Part shown: one piece after another, positions 1 through 10,039 of the stretch | Position numbering within the stretch: the stretch's first letter is position 1 | Layout: every line of letters starts with the position of its first letter | Assembly: GCA_963796685.1 (NCBI GenBank) | Contig: CAWCMR010000025.1 | Span: 384,001 to 448,000, forward strand | DNA: 64,000 nucleotides | Source: an uncultured delta proteobacterium | GTDB lineage: Bacteria; Myxococcota_A; Polyangia; Fen-1088 | Direction of reading: 5' to 3' | Made by a program: the position numbers and the translations under genes | Notes under the pieces: model-generated | Databases searched by the model: none | What the model was told of the DNA's origin: nothing | The model's input: only the letters and a program-made list of their open reading frames with translations

Positions 1-249
1 CTTGCGCCGGTGTCTCCGTCGGCTATGGCCAAACGTGGCTTCATTCTGAGGTCCGCTCCTGTACTCACGCCCCGAGCTCACGAAACCTTACGAGTGCGGT
101 GTCCGGAAAATGGTCGCGTTGTTTCTCGCATAACTTCGACAGGATTAGGGAGCAGCCTCCGGTGACCCGAGCCCCGCGTTTCACTATTTGCCATGAGCTC
201 GAGCGCATGGTGCTATTGTGCGACCCCTACCGAGGAGAGCATTGGACCA

Positions 250-1287
250 TGTGCAGTTTGGGTTCTCGCGAGCTGACAGACCTGTTGAAAATCTCAGTCA
301 TTGGCGCCCTGCTTGGCGGAGGCTCGGCCTGCACGACGGCTCTTTACAACGGCCCCTCCAGGCCCCCGTCGCAAGTTGCCTCCATTGGAACGCGAAGCGG
401 AGCCGAGATCTTGGCCATCGACGAGACAGATGTGAATGGAGGCGCCTTCGCCAGGTACGAGGTCCTGCCTGGGCGCCACCTGATCACCTTGGTGGGGAAA
501 AAGTCGCAAGCGGGTTTCTTCGTGACCACGACCTTCACGTCGCGGGAGCAGGAACTGTGTCTCGACGCCGCTCCCGAGCACGACTACGACGTCGGTGCAC
601 GTATCGGCAGTCGCGGTTGGGAGATAGAGGTCATTGACGAATCGAGCAAGGAAGACGTCCAGGGATGCGATGACGCTCCCCCGGGTCCGGGCTCTGCGGG
701 TGTGCCGCGATCGTCCGCTGCGGTTCTTCTCCATGACCCCAAGCCCGGAAACGGCTTCTTGTTCCTCATGAGTGGCGACTTTGGAGGCGAGAACCTCGTC
801 CGGGCGACCATGTCGAATGGAAACACGCAGACGCTATCCGGGGGCACGGGGATTCTCTTTGGGTTGGGCGCCGCGTACACGCCTCTGTGGATCGGCGATA
901 CGATGGGACTCGGCGCGGACGCGCGCATCGGGATCAAATACGATTCCATCGATGCATCGAATGCCAGCATCAGCAAGCTGAGCTATCCATTCTCGGCCGG
1001 GATTCACGATTACCTGAAGGTGAGCCGGCGTTGGTACTTCACCTTGGCGGGGGGGAACGCACAAGGAGCTCGGCGCCGGACTTTCGGGTAGCGGCGACGC
1101 CACCGGGAGCGTCAGCTTCGGCTCGCCCTGGGGATGGTATGGCGAAGGCGGCTTTCTATTCGCGGAAACATGGCACTCCGCCATTGCTTTCACGGTTCGC
1201 TACACGAACATGAAACTGACCTACGCCGGGCAAGACATCGGGGCGAGCAACGTCGGCATCGGGTTGACAGTGCAGATCAATCCGTAG
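250..1287 (+). CDS. Lipoprotein with a C-terminal outer-membrane beta-barrel-like domain; +1 frameshift in a G7 run at 1049-1055
   Basis: Lipobox-like GGSAC; SD gaggag upstream of ATG 250. Removing one G continues amphipathic strands (WGWYGEGGFLF...IGLTVQINP) to TAG 1287. Confidence 0.6.
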
Positions 1288-1346
1288 CGAGCTGGTCCGC
1301 CCAACCGCGCACTCCTCATGATCGTCTCCAACATGACCGAGGTAGC

Positions 1347-2636
1347 CTATCCGATTCCCCGGACGATCGCGCGCCAGTAGGAAGCTGGGAGCCCGTATTT
1401 GAACATCCACCACGTCGGCCTGTTTGCGCTCCATAGGCCCGCCCATCTCAACCAGGGATAGCGAGGTTTGTTGCTCCTATCGAAGAGCACCAGCATCGCC
1501 TTGCCTATCCCGGAAGGGACCATGCAACCCGTCGTTCCTCGATACTCCTCACGCAACTCCTTGCCCTGTAAGTAGCGAAGCACGTTATCGATCAATGGCC
1601 GCGTCCTGAAATGGACCGCGGCGCCGGTCTTGAATATCGGGGGCTCTGCGATCGTATCACCGTTCGGCCACACGCTTGGATATTGGGGATGTTGCCCATA
1701 CGGATTCGCAGGAACAAAACCACGAAAGCCATCCTTTGCCGCGATGGGATTTTGGTCCAGCCACGGCGAGGGCTTCATCGGCGGCACCATGTGGCTCATG
1801 GCGTATTCGATCTCTTCCGTCCCGCCCGTGTCCAGGTTGGCGAAGACAAGGGCTTTTCTGATGTGATCGACTCGAATGAGATTTCGATTGCAGAACACTT
1901 CGATTCCGTTGGATTTCAGAATGCCTTCCAGCCTGGCTTGGTAATCAGGCACAGGGAAGAGGATTGAATTGCCGAGGTAGATCTTGATATTGACGTTGTG
2001 TCTTGCTTTTCTGGCGCGCAGAACACTGTCGATCATATTGGCAATCTTGAAGATGGCCCCGGCACATTTGAACATGACGTTGGGCCGAACAAATACGTAA
2101 TTGCCTGAAACTGGCCTCTCGAGCATCGCCCGAATTCTGCCCAGTGTTTTCGGCTCGTAGACGCTGCTGAGGCTATCATCGTCACGCATGGCTGCCGCCA
2201 ACCCATCGATTTGGACGTAATCCGGGTGGATGCCCGAAGCTGGGATCAGGATGTCATAGGACAACTTCTCACCCCCTGCCAGCCTCACCGATTTGCAAAT
2301 CGGATCGACATCGACGACGCTGTCCCTCAATAGTGCAGCCTTGCGGGGGATTAGACTTTGGGTGGGACGGGTAATCTTTGCTTCCCCCAATTGCCCCACC
2401 GCACACAATGGCAGAGCTGCTTGAAGCATGTGATCCAGGCGCGGCTCGACAATCGTCACACGACTGTCGGGTGCCCTCCGCAAAGCAGTGTGCGCCGACA
2501 TCAACCCAGCCATTCCGGCCCCGATGACGACGACGTGGGGTTGGCCGCCGTTGGACCTTGGCAACGACGTGCGACTGATTTTCGTTGACCCCTCTAGAGT
2601 GTAGTCGGGTCGGTGCGTAGGTATTTGAAGCGCCAT
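1347..2636 (-). CDS. Divergent sulfide:quinone oxidoreductase-like FAD-dependent oxidoreductase
   Basis: VVVIGAGMAG FAD motif, KCAGA (cf. type II SQR KCAGAPQK), second Cys in GTTGCMVP, C-terminal amphipathic helix. Confidence 0.75.
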   Translation of the reverse strand: MALQIPTHRPDYTLEGSTKISRTSLPRSNGGQPHVVVIGAGMAGLMSAHTALRRAPDSRVTIVEPRLDHMLQAALPLCAVGQLGEAKITRPTQSLIPRKAALLRDSVVDVDPICKSVRLAGGEKLSYDILIPASGIHPDYVQIDGLAAAMRDDDSLSSVYEPKTLGRIRAMLERPVSGNYVFVRPNVMFKCAGAIFKIANMIDSVLRARKARHNVNIKIYLGNSILFPVPDYQARLEGILKSNGIEVFCNRNLIRVDHIRKALVFANLDTGGTEEIEYAMSHMVPPMKPSPWLDQNPIAAKDGFRGFVPANPYGQHPQYPSVWPNGDTIAEPPIFKTGAAVHFRTRPLIDNVLRYLQGKELREEYRGTTGCMVPSGIGKAMLVLFDRSNKPRYPWLRWAGLWSANRPTWWMFKYGLPASYWRAIVRGIG

Positions 2637-3229
2637 TTTCCTTCAGCTGTAAATTGTCAGGCCCATTTAGGAATGTCCCCATTCCTGCCAAGTGGAAATG
2701 TCCCCTTGGTCGGTCCTCGCAGACCATACCACCGTAAGGCCTGAAAAGGGCGTAAACCGGTCCTGCAGGCCTGCTGGCCGAAACCGCCCCTCCCGGCGAG
2801 AAAGCGACGCCGGACCAGATGCTAATGAAGGGACACGGGGGCCGCAGACAGCCCCTGCCGCGGGGCCGCGGTCTACCCATCGGTCGCCTTCCCACCCAGG
2901 TCTGGCCGTCGCCTCCACTCCAACCCTCCTCTTTCCAAGCAGCAGGCTCCCTCGAGCGCGCCTTTCAGCGCACACATCAGACTGTCGCCGCAGTCCACAA
3001 GGGTCGGAAGGTTGCATCGAATCGGCGACGCCCCAGCTGCTGAATGCCTGAGCCCGGATAGCCGGAACACGCCTCTATGGCCTGTTCACCGGGGCCATCG
3101 CTGGCGGCTGCGTCGACCTTCACGGCATTGTCGGCAAGGGACTTGGGAGTAAGTGAACCCCCGCAAATGCCTACATCGATTGACGTCTCCGTTCTGCGAT
3201 ACGATGGTGGCGAGAAAACGAGGTTTACC

Positions 3230-4891
3230 ATGCGTATCGTCGGCTTTTCGTCGCTCGGTCTTGTGGGCATCACGCTGCTGTCGGTGGCCTGCGGGTCGAA
3301 GAAGACGACCGATATTGTCTATGATGTCCCTCCGCAGCCCTGGCCCGCGGCGGCATGTGCCGCTGTGGCGAACGGCGGCACGAAGACAGTCGCTGCATCG
3401 GTGCTCGTCAAACAATTGATCGACACGGCGTCGCCCTACAGGTGGATGGAAGCCTGGCTTGGTGCCGCGTCGGTCGTCGATCTCGACGGCGACGGCGTCA
3501 AGGAGATCATCGTGCCTCGCGGGTCGACGGTGGAAGCCTGGCACCTCGATGGCACGGTGGCTTGGCACTTCGACACCACGCAAGACCGCATCTGGGCGAG
3601 CCCGGTCATCGCGGACTTCAACGGCGATGGCAAGCTCGAAGTCGCCGTGGCGGCTCGCCAAAAGGTCTACTTGCTCGATGGCACCGGCAAGGTCATGCGA
3701 GGGTTCCCGGTCACCTGGTCGATGGCGGGCGAAATACGCACGATCGCCGCGGGCGACCTCGATGGCGACGGCGTTCCCGAGATCATCGTGAGCCCCGCGA
3801 ACGGAAACTCGGTCACCACTTCGATCGGCGACGTCGACGACACCGTCATGGCGTGGAAGGGCGATGGCACCGTGTTCCCGCACTTTCCGCCGATTGCGGG
3901 CGGCGTGAGCGGATGCACCGACGAAAACGGCAGCTCGCCTTGCTACACGTACTGGGAATACGACCAAAACCTCGCCGTCGGCGACCTCGATGGCGATGGC
4001 AAAGCTGATTTGGTCGTGGGCCACGACGACGCGTACATCTCGATCTATCACTCGAACGGCGTGATGTGGGATTCGAACCCGGAGTTTCCGAACAAGAAGG
4101 TCGCGGGCGTGCGCATGCTGCTCGATCAGGCTCTCGCCATCCAAGGCTACGGGCCTGATAATGCCCTGCAAGCCCACTTCACCAACACTCCGCCCGCGAT
4201 CGCCGACATCGATGGCGATGGCGTTCCCGAAGTCATTTATCTGTCGAGCGTGCAGAACATCGCGCAAGACAATCGGCTTTTGGGGGTCGCGCTTTGGGTC
4301 CTGCACCCCGATGCCAGCAGGCTTGCAGGGTGGGAGACACCGTTCTACGTTGCCCCGTATTTGGCGGGTCTATGGGACTACGATGGCACCAACGTCGTCG
4401 CCGCCACGAACCAAGTGACCGTCGCCGAGATCGACCCGATAAAGGCCGGCCCAGAGATGATCTTCGCGGGCTTCGACGGCTACATCCACGCTGTCGCCGC
4501 GGACAAGACCGAGTTGTGGGCGACGCAATATACGAAATCGGACCAAGTGCTCACGGGCGGCGTCGTCGTTGCCGATCTCTCGGGCGATGGCGTGCCGGAG
4601 ATCGTGTTCAATACGTACTCGACACAGCAGAATGCGAGTTTCTTGTTCGTCCTCGATGCGACGGGCACGATCGTGCAGCAGGTGTCGCTATCGGGGCGTG
4701 GCGCGATGCCGGTGCCCACGATTGCGGATGTCGACGGCGACGGGCAGCTCGAGATCATCGTGTCGCTCAAGGACGCCGTGGAAGGTGTCGAGAGCGTCGA
4801 CGTCTTCACCGTGCCAGGGTCGGCGACCAACTGCATGCCGTGGCCCACCGGACGAGCGAATGATTTGCGCAATGGCTACGTGAGGCCGTGA
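3230..4891 (+). CDS. FG-GAP/VCBS repeat lipoprotein (beta-propeller)
   Basis: Lipobox LSVAC; about 7 DxDGDG repeats (DLDGDG, DFNGDG, DIDGDG, DVDGDG). Confidence 0.85.
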   Translation: MRIVGFSSLGLVGITLLSVACGSKKTTDIVYDVPPQPWPAAACAAVANGGTKTVAASVLVKQLIDTASPYRWMEAWLGAASVVDLDGDGVKEIIVPRGSTVEAWHLDGTVAWHFDTTQDRIWASPVIADFNGDGKLEVAVAARQKVYLLDGTGKVMRGFPVTWSMAGEIRTIAAGDLDGDGVPEIIVSPANGNSVTTSIGDVDDTVMAWKGDGTVFPHFPPIAGGVSGCTDENGSSPCYTYWEYDQNLAVGDLDGDGKADLVVGHDDAYISIYHSNGVMWDSNPEFPNKKVAGVRMLLDQALAIQGYGPDNALQAHFTNTPPAIADIDGDGVPEVIYLSSVQNIAQDNRLLGVALWVLHPDASRLAGWETPFYVAPYLAGLWDYDGTNVVAATNQVTVAEIDPIKAGPEMIFAGFDGYIHAVAADKTELWATQYTKSDQVLTGGVVVADLSGDGVPEIVFNTYSTQQNASFLFVLDATGTIVQQVSLSGRGAMPVPTIADVDGDGQLEIIVSLKDAVEGVESVDVFTVPGSATNCMPWPTGRANDLRNGYVRP

Positions 4892-4930
4892 CGCGCAATG
4901 CAATGTCGACGACGTCTTCAAGCGTGTCGC

Positions 4931-5173
4931 TCATGCCTGGCGTCCCGCGAACACGCGCCGAGCAACCTCGGCACCATAAAGACGCTCGGCAAGCTTCTGG
5001 CGAACCTCGTCGTCCGAGAGAAGACGGTTGGGATGCGCCCGTTTGATGCCGGCGATGGCAAGCTCTCGCGTGGCTTGCGACAAGCCGAGGCAGATCGCGA
5101 GTCGTCTTTCGGGCCCTGCTTGGCGCAAGAGCTCGAAGTATCTGGCGTTTGCTTTGGGCGAGGTATCGCGCAC
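4931..5173 (-). CDS. Small helical hypothetical protein (DTSP...ERRL...RLYG type)
   Basis: Recognisable DTSP/ERRL/AGI.RAHP/LYG pattern; extended -10 TGgTAGATT 7 nt before GTG 5173. Confidence 0.65.
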   Translation of the reverse strand: MRDTSPKANARYFELLRQAGPERRLAICLGLSQATRELAIAGIKRAHPNRLLSDDEVRQKLAERLYGAEVARRVFAGRQA

Positions 5174-5351
5174 GAAGGTCAATCTACCACGCGCGACGCT
5201 GCTTGCGCGGCGGTCAACGAACCCATCCAAGCGCAAATCGGGGATCTCTTGCTCCGTCCTCGCCACGCCGGATCGCGCCAGTTGGTCCCTGTGCACCTTT
5301 TGCGGCTTGTCTTAAGTCGACGCAGGCCTCGCGACGGCGGTATCGTGGGGC

Positions 5352-6132
5352 ATGGCCGAAGGGTTTGCTTATCGAGAGATTCTTGGAAAGTCCGTGCACC
5401 GCTACGGGCTCTCTGCCTCCTATGGGCTGGATGAGGCTGGCGTGCGCGAGGCGCTCGAAGCTCGGGGCGAACTACATCTTCTGGAGCCCCGCCAAGAAGT
5501 TCCTCAAGACCGTCATCAAGGACGTCGTCATGAAGGATCGCGATCGTTTTATGCTGGCCACCGGGCCCATTCTCGGCTACTTCGCCGGCTCCGTGCGGCG
5601 CGCGACCGAGAAGGCGTTGCGCGCGAGCGGCAGCGACTACCTCGACGTGGTGCAGGTGTTTTGGGCCGGCAGGATGTCGGCGCTCACCCGCTCCGTGATC
5701 GACGAGCTGGTGAAGCTGCGGCAAGAGGGAAAGGCCCGCACCATCGGCGTGTCGATCCACGACCGCAAGCGTGCGGCGAAGCTCGCAGCGCAGGGGCCGC
5801 TCGATTTCTTCATGATTCGCTACAACGCCGCTCATCCCGGTGCCGAGGTCGACATCTTTCCCCATCTGCCGGCGAAGAAGCCCATCATCGCCGCCTACAC
5901 AGCCACCTCTTGGACCAAGCTGCTGCGGCCACCCAAGGGATGGACCGGTCCCGCCGCGACCGCGGGAGACTGCTATCGCTTCTGCCTGAGCAATCCCAAT
6001 GTCGACCTCGTAGTCTCGGCACCCAAGACTGCGGCGCAGATGCGTGAGAACATGCAAGCCCTCGCACGGGGACCGCTGTCCGACGAAGAGATGGCGCACA
6101 TGCGGGCGCTCGGTAAGGCGGTTCACGGCTGA
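5352..6132 (+). CDS. Aldo/keto reductase, frameshifted near 5465
   Basis: N-terminus in ORF 5352 (GLSASYG), remainder in ORF 5149 (NYIFW, DYLD, IGVSIH, RYNAAH, CYRFCLSNP). Confidence 0.85.
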
Positions 6133-6312
6133 GCGGCGAACAGAGTCTGTTGAGCTCTCAAAATGAAGCTGCAGTTCCCAAGGCACTGCGAGGGAGGGAT
6201 GGGAAATGGTGACGGCGGCGCTGACCGGAACGTCGTCGTTCGCAGATCCGGTTTCTATTCCGAGAAGGGCACGTCGTGTGGCGCGTCGCCGTCGATAACA
6301 GGCAGCATGGGA

Positions 6313-6591
6313 TTAGAAAATCAAAACGGCGAAAACAACCAACGCTACCGCAACCAGCGCAAGCCATGTGGCGAGTCCGTGCTTGCGACGGTTGGGGGCA
6401 CAGACCTCTACCACCTCGTCCCAGTAGTTCTCAACAGGGGGTGGAGTGGACAGCTCGTCCCCTTCTTTGAAGAACTGGGTATCCACCGTGTCGAAAGCGC
6501 GGTGGGGGGACGGGCGGGTGCTGCTGCTTTGCACTCCCGCAGCAGGGGCGCCGAGCGAGCGAGAGGGCGGGATGGATGATGAGGAGTCCAA
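6313..6591 (-). CDS. Small protein with a C-terminal transmembrane helix (start uncertain)
   Basis: Acidic FFKEGDE segment followed by RRKH and a hydrophobic tail; gagg upstream of TTG 6591. Confidence 0.5.
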   Translation of the reverse strand: MDSSSSIPPSRSLGAPAAGVQSSSTRPSPHRAFDTVDTQFFKEGDELSTPPPVENYWDEVVEVCAPNRRKHGLATWLALVAVALVVFAVLIF

Positions 6592-6786
6592 GCAAACCTC
6601 GATGCTCCCATGATGAAGCAATCCCCGTGCCGAGCAGCAGGCCCGCCAACCACCAGCAAACACGCCATGTCCTCCACTGAGCCTTCACCACAGTCATCAA
6701 ATAGCTGAACGCTAGCGGAACAGAGCGGACAATGTTGTCGCGGGTTCGTTGGAACCACAGCTGTACGACAACGACCTACCTGGCCT

Positions 6787-7701
6787 ATGCTCCTCCGAGA
6801 ATCGATTGACCGAGGGCACTACACGGACAGCGCCACCCTTTCGCAGTACTTCCGCGCCATGATCTGGCTCGGGACGATAGACTTTCGCCTCATCGAGACC
6901 CAATCCAATGACTCGCAGATTTTTCATCGCCCCCAGTTCGAGGCCATGGTTGCGCTGTTCGACCTCTTCGACGGCGGCTTGCTCGACAATTGGAATACCC
7001 TGCACGCGACGATCTCGACCTTCGTCGGCCAGGATGACTCGATGACCCCGGCCGAGGTGCCCGCGCTGGAGCAGGTCTTGGGCGTGCAAAGCTCCGCCGG
7101 GCTAGCCACGCTGGACGACGCGGCCATCGCCCAGGCCGTTGCGACCGGGCGCTTCGGCACGCAACGCATCGACAGCTACATCCTGATTGCCGACCCACAC
7201 GCCGGCACCTTGCCACTCAACAGCTCATTCCTGGTCTTCGGGCAGCGATTCACGGTGGACTCGTTTGTGCTGTCAAATGTGGTCTACGATCGGGTGAACC
7301 ACCCGGATTATCCGCCGCGCATGATGCCGAAACCCCTGGACGCGGCCTTTGCCGCCATGGGCAACGGCGACGCACTCCCGTTCCTGGCCGGCGACCTCGC
7401 AACATATGGCTGGTACCCGCAACTGATCGCCGGCGTCTCCCCGGTCGCCCACAAGCCGACCATCGCCGACATCTTCATGGATCCCGACACCGGCACGGTT
7501 CTCGAGGTGGGCACCGGCGACGTCAACCCGATGGTGGTCGTGGTCGAGACCTGCGTGGGTCCGCGTGCGTTCGCGGGCTTGAGCTTGTCCTACTACGAGA
7601 CCACCGCGAGCAACTTCAAGCCCCTGACGGACAACGATTGGGTGGGCATGCTCGCGACTGCGGCGCGGCCGGACTGGCTTGCGCCGGTGCTGGTGCCGTA
7701 G
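6787..7701 (+). pseudogene. DUF3160-family fragment lacking the N-terminus and an internal block
   Basis: RGHYT, YFRAMIWLG, FGQRFTVDS, PTIAD...VLEVGTG and SYYE...LTDNDW motifs; no signal peptide; the LRHD-type segment I expect in this family is absent. Confidence 0.65.
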
Positions 7702-7817
7702 CTTCGACGGGGCGGCGGAGTATCCATAGAGAGTCAGCGACGCAGGCGCCGACGACCGGGCCCCCCCTGGTGACACCACCACCGCTACTTGTCCGGGCGT
7801 TGGTATTGCAAAGGCAG

Positions 7818-9467
7818 TCACTCGAACCCCTGGCCAGCCCTGGCATCTTGCGAGTCGTACCCGGCACCCGCATCGCCCCCACACTGCGAGGACAGCACGC
7901 TGACCCACGAGCTGTTTCCCGTGAGTAAATCAGGGTAGCCGTCGCCATTGAAGTCGCCGGCCGCAACGCCCGAAGGCATGTTGTCCGCATATAGGATGGG
8001 CTGTGAGAACCCGCCTCTGCCGTCTCCCATCAGGACCGCCACCTCTTCGACGACGTCGCCACCATCCGGCGAGAGCCGTAGCCCCGTGGCGATGTCGAGC
8101 TTGCCGTCGCCATTGAAGTCGGTTGCGACCAGGGAGCCGGGGCGTCCGCCTGCATCGATCGTGGCCGGTGTGCCGAACACGCCGTTGCCGGGATTGGCAT
8201 AAAGAAACAAGTGATCGCCGGTGGTGTCGCCCACGATCAAGTCGGTGTGACCGGTGCCCTCGAAGTCGCCGGACACGATGGAGGTCGCGGTAGCAAGCCC
8301 GCTCGATGAAATCGGCCCGAAGTTGTAGGTGGCGCCTGCCGTGAGCGCGCCGGTGCCGTCGTTGAAGAACGTCTCGATCGAGGACGGCTGAAACGAACGC
8401 AACCCCACGACGACGTCGAGTGCCCCGTCGCCATCGAGGTCCGCGAGGGCTATCGTGTCGGGATTGCTGGTCGGATACGCAACGGGGGCAGCGAACGTGC
8501 CGTCGCCGCGATTGAGGAGCACCGCCAACGTATTGGCGTTGTAGTTGGTTACGACGAAGTCGGGATGGCCATCGCCGTTCAAGTCGCCCACCGCGAGACC
8601 GGAGGCAAAGTTTCCGCCCGAGTCGTAGTAGGCGGGGCTGGCGAAGGTGCCGTCGCCGTGGTTGATGAGGACCGCCACTTCGCCGTCGCACCCGTTGCTG
8701 CAACACTGCCCGCCGCAACTCGGTCGACCATCCGCGACCGCGATGTCCACATAGCCGTCGCCATTGAAGTCGCCCGTGGCGACTTGATTCGCCCAGGGCG
8801 TGCCCGCGTACATGACTTGCGGGGCGAACCCGCCATCGCCGTTGTTGATGAAGACGCTCACCGTTTCGTTCTGGTCGGTGGCCGCGAAATCGAGATGCCC
8901 GTCGTGATTGAAGTCGCCCGCCGCCACACGGGTCGGGTGCATCGACGAAGGCGAGCCCTCCGCGTAGGTTTCCAATGCGGAGAGCCCGCCCCACGCGCAC
9001 GCGCGGGCCCGGGCGTCGATGGCGTCCGCATCGGGCATCGCATCTCGGGCGGCCTCGAGTGCCCTATCCGGCGTTGCACGTGCGTCGGCGTCAGGCGAGT
9101 TGTCCGCGGCGAGATCTCCGCGGGCATCGGGCGCGATGTCGCGGGCGCGGTCTTGGCCGAGATCGGGCGCGATGTCGCGGGCGCGGTCTTGGCCGAGATC
9201 GGGTGCGGCATCGCGGGCGCGGTCTTGGCCGAGATCGGGCGCGGCATCGCGGGCGCGGTCTTGGCCGAGATCGGGTGCGGTGTCGCGGGCCGTTTCAACG
9301 GGTTCGATCTGTGCGGCGTCGCGTGTGGGCAGGGAATGGAGAGGCGTGCGTCCGCACCCGAGGGCAAGCAGCATCCACACGAGGCTGGCAGAAGAAAAGC
9401 GTATCGTCTCCCCCGGATCAGGAACCTGCGACATCACGACGCTCGACGAATACGTTCGGCAGCACAT
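7818..9467 (-). CDS. FG-GAP repeat lipoprotein with a repeat-containing linker (true start probably a little downstream)
   Basis: Lipobox LALGC; repeated GDFNGDG..D motifs and NxGDGTF turns. Confidence 0.85.
   Translation of the reverse strand: MCCRTYSSSVVMSQVPDPGETIRFSSASLVWMLLALGCGRTPLHSLPTRDAAQIEPVETARDTAPDLGQDRARDAAPDLGQDRARDAAPDLGQDRARDIAPDLGQDRARDIAPDARGDLAADNSPDADARATPDRALEAARDAMPDADAIDARARACAWGGLSALETYAEGSPSSMHPTRVAAGDFNHDGHLDFAATDQNETVSVFINNGDGGFAPQVMYAGTPWANQVATGDFNGDGYVDIAVADGRPSCGGQCCSNGCDGEVAVLINHGDGTFASPAYYDSGGNFASGLAVGDLNGDGHPDFVVTNYNANTLAVLLNRGDGTFAAPVAYPTSNPDTIALADLDGDGALDVVVGLRSFQPSSIETFFNDGTGALTAGATYNFGPISSSGLATATSIVSGDFEGTGHTDLIVGDTTGDHLFLYANPGNGVFGTPATIDAGGRPGSLVATDFNGDGKLDIATGLRLSPDGGDVVEEVAVLMGDGRGGFSQPILYADNMPSGVAAGDFNGDGYPDLLTGNSSWVSVLSSQCGGDAGAGYDSQDARAGQGFE
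9126..9290. repeat. 36-bp coding tandem repeat, about 4.6 copies (RDxAPDLGQDRA)
   Basis: Units start at 9126, 9162, 9198, 9234 and 9270. Confidence 0.95.
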
Positions 9468-9475
9468 CGACGCCT

Positions 9476-9700
9476 CTACCGCCGTTTCGAATCGGGATAA
9501 TCGAAGGCGAGGCCATCCGATTTGTACTCGCCCCAGCCGAGGAAGTCGTTGCGCTTTTGAAGCGCCTCTTCATACGTCTGCGCCTCGACGAGGCAGATAA
9601 CCCTGGCATCGCCATCCTTGAGGTGCTCTGCCGACTTGTCGCCCTCGTGGAGAAGGGTGTACGAGCATTCGGAATCTGAGTACCAGAGCTGATATTTCAT
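9476..9700 (-). CDS. Small hypothetical protein (74 aa)
   Basis: SD ggggag before ATG and TAGAAT -10 upstream; protein-like sequence ending FLGWGEYK... Confidence 0.7.
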   Translation of the reverse strand: MKYQLWYSDSECSYTLLHEGDKSAEHLKDGDARVICLVEAQTYEEALQKRNDFLGWGEYKSDGLAFDYPDSKRR

Positions 9701-10039
9701 GTGCTCCCCTTGTCTGCCCCGCATTCTACGCCGAAAGCTCCAGGTTTTATTCGGCTGTCAGGGCATGATGCCGCCGGTGTGCATTCCCTAGTCGCCGACG
9801 AGGCTGCCCTAACGCGGCGCTAGGCCGCAAAATTCTCAAGAAATGCGAAGTCCCTCCGTGCGCTGACGCATCCATCGCCCGCGCCGCAACTGGGGCTTTG
9901 GAACCCGCGTCTTTGGCGGCGTCGCTGAAACGGAACTCCCAGGCTTCTGCCACTGCAGATGACGATGGGATCGCTAGAAACGAATTCGTGCGCGGCTTCG
10001 GTCGCGCCGGTCAATGGAACCAGTCATGAAAAGGCAAAG

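Noticed and set aside
1049-1055. G7 tract as a phase-variation switch
   Set aside because: The tract is short and many similar indels occur across the window; sequencing error is the simpler explanation.
2640-3200. Long intergenic region as an ncRNA, riboswitch or gene remnant
   Set aside because: No recognisable RNA motif or convincing ORF; it cannot be supported without a search.
9126-9290. 36-bp repeats as a CRISPR array
   Set aside because: Head-to-tail with no unique spacers, in frame within a coding linker, and no cas genes nearby.
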